DNA from: a virus
DNA: 5,741 nt
Strand: one strand, 5' to 3'
IMG/VR virus record: IMGVR_UViG_3300045988_003419
Coordinates: 1 to 5,741 of that record
The stretch's first letter is position 1. Each line of letters starts with the position of its first letter. The notes beneath the pieces were generated by a model, which was not told the origin of the DNA, did not search any database, and saw nothing but the letters and a program-made list of their open reading frames with translations. Shown here piece after piece: positions 1 through 5,595 of the stretch. The position numbers and the translations under genes are program-made.

Positions 1-119
1 GTTTTTTTTTTTTTTGGTAAAATGAGAGAAAAAGGAGGTGGTATCATGGCATACCGCAAGACCGTAAAACCGAAGATCGACAAGAAAATTTTCACCAACA
101 CCGCAAAGAAAACCAAAAA
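1..119. repeat. Terminal direct repeat, left copy of the assembly overlap of a circular genome. It is identical to 5623-5741.
   Basis: A base-by-base comparison shows 1-119 equals 5623-5741 exactly (offset 5622). The match includes the T14 run, the AGGAGG RBS and the first 74 nt of the 46-165 ORF. Confidence 0.95.
15..23 (+). promoter_or_regulatory. Candidate extended -10 promoter (TGgTAAAAT) for the J-like/structural gene block. A second copy lies at 5637-5645.
   Basis: TG at 15-16, then g17, then TAAAAT at 18-23. The T14 run immediately upstream could act as a UP-like element. There is no good -35: the circular context gives TTGCGT with a spacer of about 15 nt. The predicted start near position 30 would leave a very short leader before the SD at 33-38. 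Confidence 0.35.
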
Positions 120-165
120 AATCAATGTGAACCCGAAACCGAGCAGAGGGGGAATCAGGCTATGA
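46..165 (+). CDS. Small basic DNA-binding protein of 39 aa, the microvirus J/VP8-like DNA-condensing protein.
   Basis: Hand translation gives MAYRKTVKPKIDKKIFTNTAKKTKKINVNPKPSRGGIRL*. It has the strongest SD in the window (AGGAGG 33-38, 7 nt before the ATG). It is very Lys/Arg-rich and carries the F..TA...N....RGGIRL C-terminal pattern that I recall from small microvirus DNA-binding proteins. Its stop overlaps the next start (ATGA at 162-165). It is missing from the ORF track because it is shorter than 60 aa. Confidence 0.8.
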   Translation: MAYRKTVKPKIDKKIFTNTAKKTKKINVNPKPSRGGIRL

Positions 166-365
166 ACAAAAGACCGTATCACCAAAAAGAACCCGGCATG
201 ATGAAAGTAAGATATGCGATCAACATCGAAAACAACATGCTGGAAGAGATCGAGGACGTAAGCCAGACACTGGAACTGCCGAGATCGAAAGTGACAAGGG
301 CACTGCTGCGCTACGGTCTCGATAACATCACCACAAAGCAGATCTACGAACTGGGAAAGGAATAA
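162..365 (+). CDS. Ribbon-helix-helix (CopG/Arc/MetJ-like) DNA-binding protein of 67 aa.
   Basis: There is an SD-like GAGGGGG at 147-153 upstream. The start is coupled to the previous stop by ATGA. The sequence KVRYAINIENNMLEEIEDVSQTLELPRSKVTRALLRYGL fits the RHH pattern of an alternating beta-strand, helix A, a turn, and an S/T-capped helix B. Confidence 0.65.
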   Translation: MNKRPYHQKEPGMMKVRYAINIENNMLEEIEDVSQTLELPRSKVTRALLRYGLDNITTKQIYELGKE

Positions 366-368
366 ACT

Positions 369-647
369 ATGATTCTCGAAATGTACGCAATCAAAGACGA
401 ACTCGCAGGAACCTTTGGCAACATCATGGTAATCAATCCGAAAGTCGCGCAGCGCACTTTCCACTGGCTGACCGAAGAAACCGAAAAGCAGGACTGTGAT
501 GACAAACGAATCTACAAGCTGGGCATGTACAACACCGAAACCGGCGAGATCGCACCACAGGTGCCGGAACTGGTCTACAACATCGAACAGGAAAAGAAAG
601 CCATGCAGCAGCCGGTAAAGAAACCAGCAAGAGGTAAGAAAGCATGA
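369..647 (+). CDS. Gokushovirus VP5-like non-structural protein (ORF5 family, with a proposed role in ssDNA synthesis or packaging).
   Basis: The SD GAAAGGA lies about 7 nt upstream. The N-terminus MYAIKDELAGTFGNIMVINPKVAQRTF... and the later ...IYKLGMYNTETGEI match the pattern M.v(F/Y)a.(R/K)D....F..p........A.R.F........(L/Y).LG.(F/Y)d..tG.(I/F) that I recall for gokushovirus VP5. It sits upstream of VP3 as in other gokushoviruses. Confidence 0.6.
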   Translation: MILEMYAIKDELAGTFGNIMVINPKVAQRTFHWLTEETEKQDCDDKRIYKLGMYNTETGEIAPQVPELVYNIEQEKKAMQQPVKKPARGKKA

Positions 648-1114
648 AAATCTTCAAGCCATACGAAAAAGAAAAACCGGAAGTCCGCTGCAACTGCTGC
701 GGGAACATCATGGAACCGGAATACAAAGAGAGATACGACGACAACGGACATCCGTACCTTGAAAAGGTCGGAGAGGTCAACACCTACGAAAAAATTCAGA
801 GCTACCGCGACCAGTGCGACGTGATGGCAATCCTCAGCCGGTACGCAGCAGGCGACGAAAGCGCACTGGCAACGCCGGGCTACTACATCGACACTACGAA
901 GCTGCCGAAAACCTACACCGAATACCTGAACATGATGAACGAGCAGCGCGAGAAGTTCGACATGCTACCGCTGGAGATCAGGCAGAAGTTCGGCATGAAC
1001 TTTCAGAACTGGGCAGCAACCGCAGGCGAAACGGAATGGCTTGAAAAAATGGGCATTTCGACGAAAACAGCACCTGAAGAAACGCCGATCGAAAAGAAAG
1101 AGGTAGCAGAATGA
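644..1114 (+). CDS. Internal scaffolding protein VP3.
   Basis: The ATGA overlaps the upstream stop (644-647), and an SD AGAGGT lies at 629-634. The motifs ...DVMAILSRYAAGD...GYYIDTTKLPKTYTEYLN...FDMLPLEIRQKFGMNFQNW resemble the gokushovirus/Chlamydia-phage scaffold family (F..LP..iR..F). It lies directly upstream of VP1. Confidence 0.8.
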   Translation: MKIFKPYEKEKPEVRCNCCGNIMEPEYKERYDDNGHPYLEKVGEVNTYEKIQSYRDQCDVMAILSRYAAGDESALATPGYYIDTTKLPKTYTEYLNMMNEQREKFDMLPLEIRQKFGMNFQNWAATAGETEWLEKMGISTKTAPEETPIEKKEVAE

Positions 1115-2769
1115 ACAGAAATTCAGAACAGCACTATGCACAAGTACCTCATGCGGAAATCCGAAGAGCAAAATTTCAGCGTGACTTTAACCTTTTGACC
1201 ACGATGAACGAAGGTGATCTGGTACCGATCTACCTTGACGAAGTATTGCCGGCCGATACTTTCAAGATCAACCTGAATGCGCTGGTACGTATGGCAACTC
1301 CGCTTTATCCGGTCATGGATAACGCGTATATGGACTTCTACTTCTTCTTTGTGCCTGCGCGCCTGCTGTGGAAGCACTTTCAAAACCTCATGGGCCAGAA
1401 CGATAGCACTTTCTGGGCAGAACAGACAGAGTACACGACACCGGTAACGACCGCACCAAAAGACGGCTGGAACGTGGGCACGCTGGCGGATTACTTCGGA
1501 ATCCCGACAGGCGTAAGCGGCCTGAAGGTAAACAGCCTGCCGTTCCGAGCATATGCAAAGGTTTGGAACGAATGGTTTAGAGATGAAAACCTTCAGCAGC
1601 CTGTAACACAGAGCATGGACGACACGACCACAGCCGGCGTAAACACCGGCACGAGCCTTTCAGACGCAGAAGCGGGCGGTCTGCCACTGAAGGTCTGCAA
1701 ATACAAAGACTATTTCACCAGCTGCCTGCCTTCGCCACAGAAAAATGCAGAACCGGTAACAATGCCAATGCTAGGCAATGCACCGGTAAGGCTGTTTCTG
1801 CCCGATACAGAAAACATCGTAACGAACTACGGAGCGGACAATGAAGGAGCAGTTAAAGTAACAAGCGAAAACATGAACGCACCGTGGACAATGGATTACG
1901 AAACGGCATATAAACTGAGAGCAACCACAACGTCAAACAATATCTTTTACGACGAAAAAGGCAATAGACAAACATACGCCGATTTCCGAGCAGACCTAAG
2001 CGCAGTAACAGGCGCAACCATCAACGAACTGCGACAGGCGATCGCGGTGCAACACATCTTCGAGCGTGATGCCAGAACCGGCACGCGATACAAAGAAATC
2101 CTGAAAGGTGCATGGGGTGTGACCAGTCCGGACGCACGTCTTGACCGATCTGAGTACATCGGCGGACACAGAATGCCGATCAACGTGAATCAGGTCATTC
2201 AGACCAGCAGCACAGACAACACGTCACCGCAGGGCAACACCGGTGCTTATTCCATGACAACATTGAGCCGAAACATGTGCACGTACTCGGCAACGGAACA
2301 TGGCTATGTTCTGGGTCTGGCAGCTATCCGAGTAGATCACAGCTATCAACAGGGTTTGAGCAGGCTTTGGACAAGAAACACGCGCTTCAGCTATTATGAC
2401 CCAATGCTTGCAAACCTCGGTGAACAAGCAGTTCTCAATCAGGAGATCTATGCACAGGGCAAGCCACAGGACGAAGAAGTTTTTGGGTATCAGGAAGCAT
2501 GGGCCGACTACAGATACCGCACCAACATGGTAACAAGCGAAATGCGCAGCACCTACGCAGAGACGCTGGATGCATGGCACTATGCAGACAAGTACGGCAC
2601 ACTTCCTACCCTGTCCAGCAGCTGGATTAAAGAAGGAACAGAGAACATTGACAGAACTCTAGCAGTGCAGAGTCCCAACAGCCATCAGTTCATTTGTAAC
2701 TTCTACTACGAACAGGCATGGACGCGACCGATGCCGATCTACAGCGTGCCAGGAATTGACACGATCTAA
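1111..2769 (+). CDS. Major capsid protein VP1 (Microviridae F-protein family).
   Basis: This is a 552-aa ORF with an SD AGAGGT at 1098-1103 and an ATGA overlap at 1111-1114. The N-terminal region ...[34 protein letters not shown]...[27 protein letters not shown] is the characteristic microvirus capsid signature. The size is typical of gokushovirus VP1. Confidence 0.95.
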   Translation: MNRNSEQHYAQVPHAEIRRAKFQRDFNLLTTMNEGDLVPIYLDEVLPADTFKINLNALVRMATPLYPVMDNAYMDFYFFFVPARLLWKHFQNLMGQNDSTFWAEQTEYTTPVTTAPKDGWNVGTLADYFGIPTGVSGLKVNSLPFRAYAKVWNEWFRDENLQQPVTQSMDDTTTAGVNTGTSLSDAEAGGLPLKVCKYKDYFTSCLPSPQKNAEPVTMPMLGNAPVRLFLPDTENIVTNYGADNEGAVKVTSENMNAPWTMDYETAYKLRATTTSNNIFYDEKGNRQTYADFRADLSAVTGATINELRQAIAVQHIFERDARTGTRYKEILKGAWGVTSPDARLDRSEYIGGHRMPINVNQVIQTSSTDNTSPQGNTGAYSMTTLSRNMCTYSATEHGYVLGLAAIRVDHSYQQGLSRLWTRNTRFSYYDPMLANLGEQAVLNQEIYAQGKPQDEEVFGYQEAWADYRYRTNMVTSEMRSTYAETLDAWHYADKYGTLPTLSSSWIKEGTENIDRTLAVQSPNSHQFICNFYYEQAWTRPMPIYSVPGIDTI

Positions 2770-2780
2770 GGGGGTGCAAA

Positions 2781-3710
2781 ATGGGCCTCTTATCAGGTTT
2801 AACAACATGGCTGCCGATCGTATCGGGCGGTCTGTCGATCGCAGGACAGATGAAAAATCTGTTCAGCAACACAAGCGGAAGCACCAGCAGCGCCATGGGA
2901 CAGCAGGGAATGAACACAAGCATAAGCAGCGGAAGCACCAGTGGAACAACCAGCGGAACCACGACCGCAAGCGGCGGAAGCGTAACAACAGGCAACACCG
3001 GTGCACTGGGTTCAATCCTGCAAACAGCAATGGGAAGCCCGACCGGAAACAACGCAGGACAGGCAGCAGGGTTCAACGCAGGACAAGCAGCAACGGCAAA
3101 CAACCTGCAAACAGGTATGTGGAGCTACGCGAACGGCCTGAACATGCTATCAAACATCGTTGCGAACGGTCTGAACCTCGCAAGCCAGACCAGCGCACAG
3201 AAGTACAACAGCGCAGAAGCAGCAGCACAACGAGCGTGGGCTGAAAGAATGAGCAGCACCGCATACCAGCGCGGAGTAAAAGACCTGAAAGCAGCAGGCT
3301 TGAATCCGATCTTAGCAGCATACAACGGATACGGAGCAAGCACACCGTCAGGCGGAACAGCAAGCAGCGGAATGCAAAGCTTTTCACACACTCAGAGCGC
3401 AGCGATCCCAAGCGCACACACGGCGACCATGCAAAGCATGTACGACTATGGGAACAACACGGCACAGTTCCTGCAAAACGCGATGAGCGCGATCAACACA
3501 GCAAAACAGTCAAACGAATGGTACAGCGCAGAGCAAATGCAGCAAGCCACAAGTCAAATCATGTCGAGCAGCGCACAACAGATCAGCAACCTGAACCAGC
3601 AGAGCAGCCAGCAAAGCAGCAGCACGACACGAGGAAACGAAAAGGGCATCAGCGGAGAAGGCCACGGGGACATTGAATGGAACCCGGGACACACAGCAAG
3701 GAAAAGATAG
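2781..3710 (+). CDS. Minor capsid / DNA pilot protein VP2 (functional analogue of phiX174 H).
   Basis: The SD AAGGGGG lies at 2768-2774. The N-terminus is hydrophobic ([22 protein letters not shown]). The core motif [31 protein letters not shown] matches the conserved pilot-protein block (..fqerMsnTAyQR.v.DlkaAGLNP.La). The gene lies directly after VP1. Confidence 0.9.
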   Translation: MGLLSGLTTWLPIVSGGLSIAGQMKNLFSNTSGSTSSAMGQQGMNTSISSGSTSGTTSGTTTASGGSVTTGNTGALGSILQTAMGSPTGNNAGQAAGFNAGQAATANNLQTGMWSYANGLNMLSNIVANGLNLASQTSAQKYNSAEAAAQRAWAERMSSTAYQRGVKDLKAAGLNPILAAYNGYGASTPSGGTASSGMQSFSHTQSAAIPSAHTATMQSMYDYGNNTAQFLQNAMSAINTAKQSNEWYSAEQMQQATSQIMSSSAQQISNLNQQSSQQSSSTTRGNEKGISGEGHGDIEWNPGHTARKR

Positions 3711-3739
3711 TTGACAGACACAGAAAAGAGGTGTATAAT
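3711..3739 (+). promoter_or_regulatory. Perfect-consensus sigma-70/sigmaA promoter (P-A) driving the 3784-4023 RHH gene.
   Basis: TTGACA at 3711-3716, a 17-nt spacer, and TATAAT at 3734-3739. It begins on the base after the VP2 stop codon. The 17-mer AAAAGAGGTGTATAATA (3724-3740) is identical to 5374-5390. Confidence 0.8.
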
Positions 3740-3783
3740 ATGGGTGTACTAATCACACACCTTACCTAGAAAGGGGTATAACA

Positions 3784-4023
3784 ATGAGAAGCCAGATTGA
3801 AAAAAGAATGAACGTCAACTTAACCAACAGGGAAATGAAATCGCTGGAAAAACTCACCAAAATGGAAAGATTTGAAGGGTGGACAAAAAGCGATCTGATA
3901 AGGCAAGCAATAAACGTATATGCACGAGAAATGGGAAAGATAAACGCCACAAAAAGCGGATACAAAAGCAACGAGAAAGAAGAATACATCGAGATATGGG
4001 ACGATGACGATCTACCATACTAA
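3784..4023 (+). CDS. Ribbon-helix-helix DNA-binding protein with an acidic SSB-tip-like C-terminal tail (79 aa).
   Basis: The SD AAGGGG at 3771-3776 lies 7 nt before the ATG. KRMNVNLTNREMKSLEKLTKMERFEGWTKSDLIRQAINVYAREM fits the RHH strand-helix-helix pattern. The C-terminus is EEYIEIWDDDDLPY*. The gene has its own consensus promoter. Confidence 0.7.
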   Translation: MRSQIEKRMNVNLTNREMKSLEKLTKMERFEGWTKSDLIRQAINVYAREMGKINATKSGYKSNEKEEYIEIWDDDDLPY

Positions 4024-4051
4024 CAACAAAAATCCATGATTAAATTGGACT

Positions 4052-4071
4052 TGACACGAAAAATTGTGTCA
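4052..4071. repeat. Small inverted repeat / hairpin (6-bp stem TGACAC/GTGTCA, 8-nt loop).
   Basis: 4052-4057 TGACAC is the reverse complement of 4066-4071 GTGTCA. Its right arm overlaps the left arm of the larger hairpin, so the two structures are mutually exclusive. Confidence 0.6.
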
Positions 4072-4114
4072 GTGGGCCCCAATAACATCAAGAAGGGTTA
4101 TTGGGGCCCACTGA
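4069..4114. repeat. Perfect 18-bp inverted repeat (hairpin with a 10-nt loop) in the intergenic region upstream of rep.
   Basis: 4069-4086 TCAGTGGGCCCCAATAAC is the exact reverse complement of 4097-4114 GTTATTGGGGCCCACTGA. The loop is ATCAAGAAGG (4087-4096). No T-tract follows (CTGAGGTAAAG), so it is not a canonical intrinsic terminator. Confidence 0.9.
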
Positions 4115-4137
4115 GGTAAAGAGGGTGAAACATCCAT

Positions 4138-5253
4138 ATGGGGTGCACAAGACCTTTGGTAAGATTCGCAGACGGCGAAATAACGACGCTGAAAAAGTAT
4201 CTGCTGGCAGGAAAGAGACACAACAGCCAACTCAACATTGAAGGACCATTCTTGGATGAAAGCCTAGAAAAAAAGCTGCTGCGAAAGCTGAAAGACGAAA
4301 ATGCACAAATCCTGCCGTGTGGACATTGTGCCGGGTGTAAAATGCAAAATGCAAGCAGCTGGGCGAACAGAATGGAAATGGAACTTCCATACCACGACAA
4401 TGCGTGGTTCTTAACACTCACATACGACAATGAACACGTACCATGGTCTTTTAACCAGGGTTTAGGCGTTAACAAAAAAACAGGCGAGATCATCATAGAA
4501 AATTTAACACTCAACTATGAGGACATGCAGAAATTTTGGAAAAGGCTAAGACGCTGGTTAGAATACCATGAAAGAAATACCGGAAAACTGATGTACTACC
4601 AAGCAGGCGAGTACGGAAGCCAGACACACAGACCACACTATCACGCGATCGTGTACGATCTGCCGATAAAGCCGGAAGAACTGAAAATCTACAAACAGAA
4701 GAACGGATTCAGATACTACAATGTTGAATGGCTCACAAAGCTGTGGGGTATGGGTCATGTAGTGGTAGCACCAGCAGAATGGAAAAACATGGCATACACC
4801 GCAAGATACACGACAAAAAAGATTTACGGCAAGGATTCAAAAAAATATTATGAAGAACTCGGAGTTTTACCAGAACGCTGCATGATGAGCAAAAATCCAG
4901 CGATCGGAATGCAGTACTATGAGGAACACAAAGATGAAATCTATGCAAAAGATGAAATTCAACTGAAAAATGGAAGGAGAGCAAAACCACCAAGATATTT
5001 TGATAAACTCTTTGATCTGGAACATTCAAACAGTAAACCGCTATCAGAAGCAGAAAGTGAGACGATAGAGGACACAATAGTAAAAGCCGAATCTGAAGAA
5101 CTGAAAGCAATCAAAAGAGAACGCCGAAGAATCGCAAACGACGCGCTATTTGCTCAGCTCAAGCAGACCGGCTTAACCATGCAAGAATATTATGATGTGA
5201 AAGATCAAAAAAATCAAGATAAATTTAAAAAACTTATCCGGGAAGAAATCTGA
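4138..5253 (+). CDS. Replication initiation protein VP4 (HUH rolling-circle endonuclease, phiX174 gene A family).
   Basis: The SD GAGGGTG lies at 4121-4127. The N-terminus is MGCTRP... followed by PCGHCAGCKMQNASSWANR, which gives a 4-Cys cluster. Motif 1 is FLTLTY. The HUH motif is RPHYHAIVY (HYH at 4636-4644). The two-tyrosine catalytic motif is YTARYTTKK (Tyr codons at 4795-4797 and 4807-4809). Confidence 0.95.
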   Translation: MGCTRPLVRFADGEITTLKKYLLAGKRHNSQLNIEGPFLDESLEKKLLRKLKDENAQILPCGHCAGCKMQNASSWANRMEMELPYHDNAWFLTLTYDNEHVPWSFNQGLGVNKKTGEIIIENLTLNYEDMQKFWKRLRRWLEYHERNTGKLMYYQAGEYGSQTHRPHYHAIVYDLPIKPEELKIYKQKNGFRYYNVEWLTKLWGMGHVVVAPAEWKNMAYTARYTTKKIYGKDSKKYYEELGVLPERCMMSKNPAIGMQYYEEHKDEIYAKDEIQLKNGRRAKPPRYFDKLFDLEHSNSKPLSEAESETIEDTIVKAESEELKAIKRERRRIANDALFAQLKQTGLTMQEYYDVKDQKNQDKFKKLIREEI

Positions 5254-5277
5254 AAGAACGGCTGAATAAAGGGAACT

Positions 5278-5313
5278 GGACGGCGTGACACAAAAAGGTT
5301 ACGCCGTCCTTTT
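5278..5313 (+). terminator. Rho-independent terminator downstream of rep.
   Basis: GGACGGCGTGAC (5278-5289) pairs with GTTACGCCGTCC (5298-5309). This is a 12-bp stem with one G.U pair and an 8-nt loop, followed by TTTT (5310-5313). It begins 25 nt after the rep stop. Confidence 0.7.
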
Positions 5314-5360
5314 CATGCGCGACCCAGCGCGCACCGGACGACCTCAAACAAAAATAGTAC

Positions 5361-5389
5361 TTGACAAGTGTATAAAAGAGGTGTATAAT
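5361..5389 (+). promoter_or_regulatory. Perfect-consensus sigma-70/sigmaA promoter (P-B), a near-duplicate of the 3711-3739 promoter, driving the 53-aa ORF.
   Basis: TTGACA at 5361-5366, a 17-nt spacer, and TATAAT at 5384-5389. Positions 5374-5390 are identical to 3724-3740, and GGTGTA at 5393-5398 matches 3743-3748. Confidence 0.8.
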
Positions 5390-5418
5390 AAAGGTGTAGA
5401 AAGGATGGTGCTTAAACC

Positions 5419-5580
5419 ATGAAAAGTTACTATGAAGAACATGTAGAAGATTGTGCAGCAGCTCTTTACGACGGCGGATGGAGAAGCACAGACAAAGACG
5501 AAATAAAAAAAGAGTACAACATGGATGAAGAATGGGCAAAAGCGATCTGTGAAAAGCTCAAAGAATACGAAAACCAATAA
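5419..5580 (+). CDS. Small acidic hypothetical protein of 53 aa, not assignable to a microvirus core family.
   Basis: Hand translation gives MKSYYEEHVEDCAAALYDGGWRSTDKDEIKKEYNMDEEWAKAICEKLKEYENQ*. An SD-like AAGGAtGGTG lies at 5401-5410, 8 nt before the ATG. The ORF is bracketed by a consensus promoter and a strong terminator. It has 15 D/E against 7 K/R plus one His. It is missing from the ORF track because it is shorter than 60 aa. Confidence 0.6.
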   Translation: MKSYYEEHVEDCAAALYDGGWRSTDKDEIKKEYNMDEEWAKAICEKLKEYENQ

Positions 5581-5595
5581 TGCTAACATTAAAAA

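Noticed and set aside
814-1044. A 76-aa Arg-rich + strand ORF nested in VP3 in another frame.
   Set aside because: It has no SD before the ATG at 814. Its composition looks like a frame-shift artefact of a T-poor strand, where stop codons are rare in all + frames. Nothing in the sequence is recognisable.
3730-3765. A XerC/D dif-like recombination site near the promoters (GGTGTATAATATGGGTGTA against E. coli dif GGTGCGCATAATGTATATTATGTTAAAT). TTATG-containing strings at about 4845 and about 5185 were considered for the same reason.
   Set aside because: Only the GGTG..ATAA part aligns. No XerD-arm TTATGTTAAAT-like half site follows at the correct 6-bp spacing. The other hits are inside rep coding sequence with about 7/11 matches. 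The evidence is not sufficient to claim integration capacity.
4051-4056. A third TTGACA hexamer, considered as a possible -35 for a rep promoter.
   Set aside because: The position 17-18 nt downstream is GGGCCC, which has no -10-like element. The hexamer is part of the small hairpin arm. Rep is more likely expressed by read-through from the 3711 promoter.
4048-4086. A resemblance to the phiX174 origin (ACTTGA...AATAAC against phiX CAACTTGATATTAATAAC).
   Set aside because: Only short strings match and the spacing differs by about 25 nt. ACTTGACA also occurs at 5359 simply as promoter context. This is too weak to call a nick site without experiments.
4036-4119. A 27-codon ORF (MIKLDLTRKIVSVGPNNIKKGYWGPLR) spanning the intergenic hairpins.
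   Set aside because: There is no SD upstream (CAACAAAAATCC). The sequence is fully explained by the inverted repeats, and the palindrome itself generates the open frame.
5316-5333. A small GC-rich hairpin (TGCGCG/CGCGCA, 6-bp stem) between the rep terminator and the second promoter.
   Set aside because: The stem is short and could arise by chance in a locally GC-rich patch. It has no associated motif or T-tract. I note it only as part of the non-coding spacer.
5405-5422. A mini-ORF ATG GTG CTT AAA CCA TGA (MVLKP) whose stop overlaps the ATG of the 53-aa gene, considered as a leader peptide.
   Set aside because: The ATG sits inside the SD-like AAGGAtGGTG with no spacing for its own ribosome binding. 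It is most simply explained as a coincidence within the RBS of the 5419 ORF.
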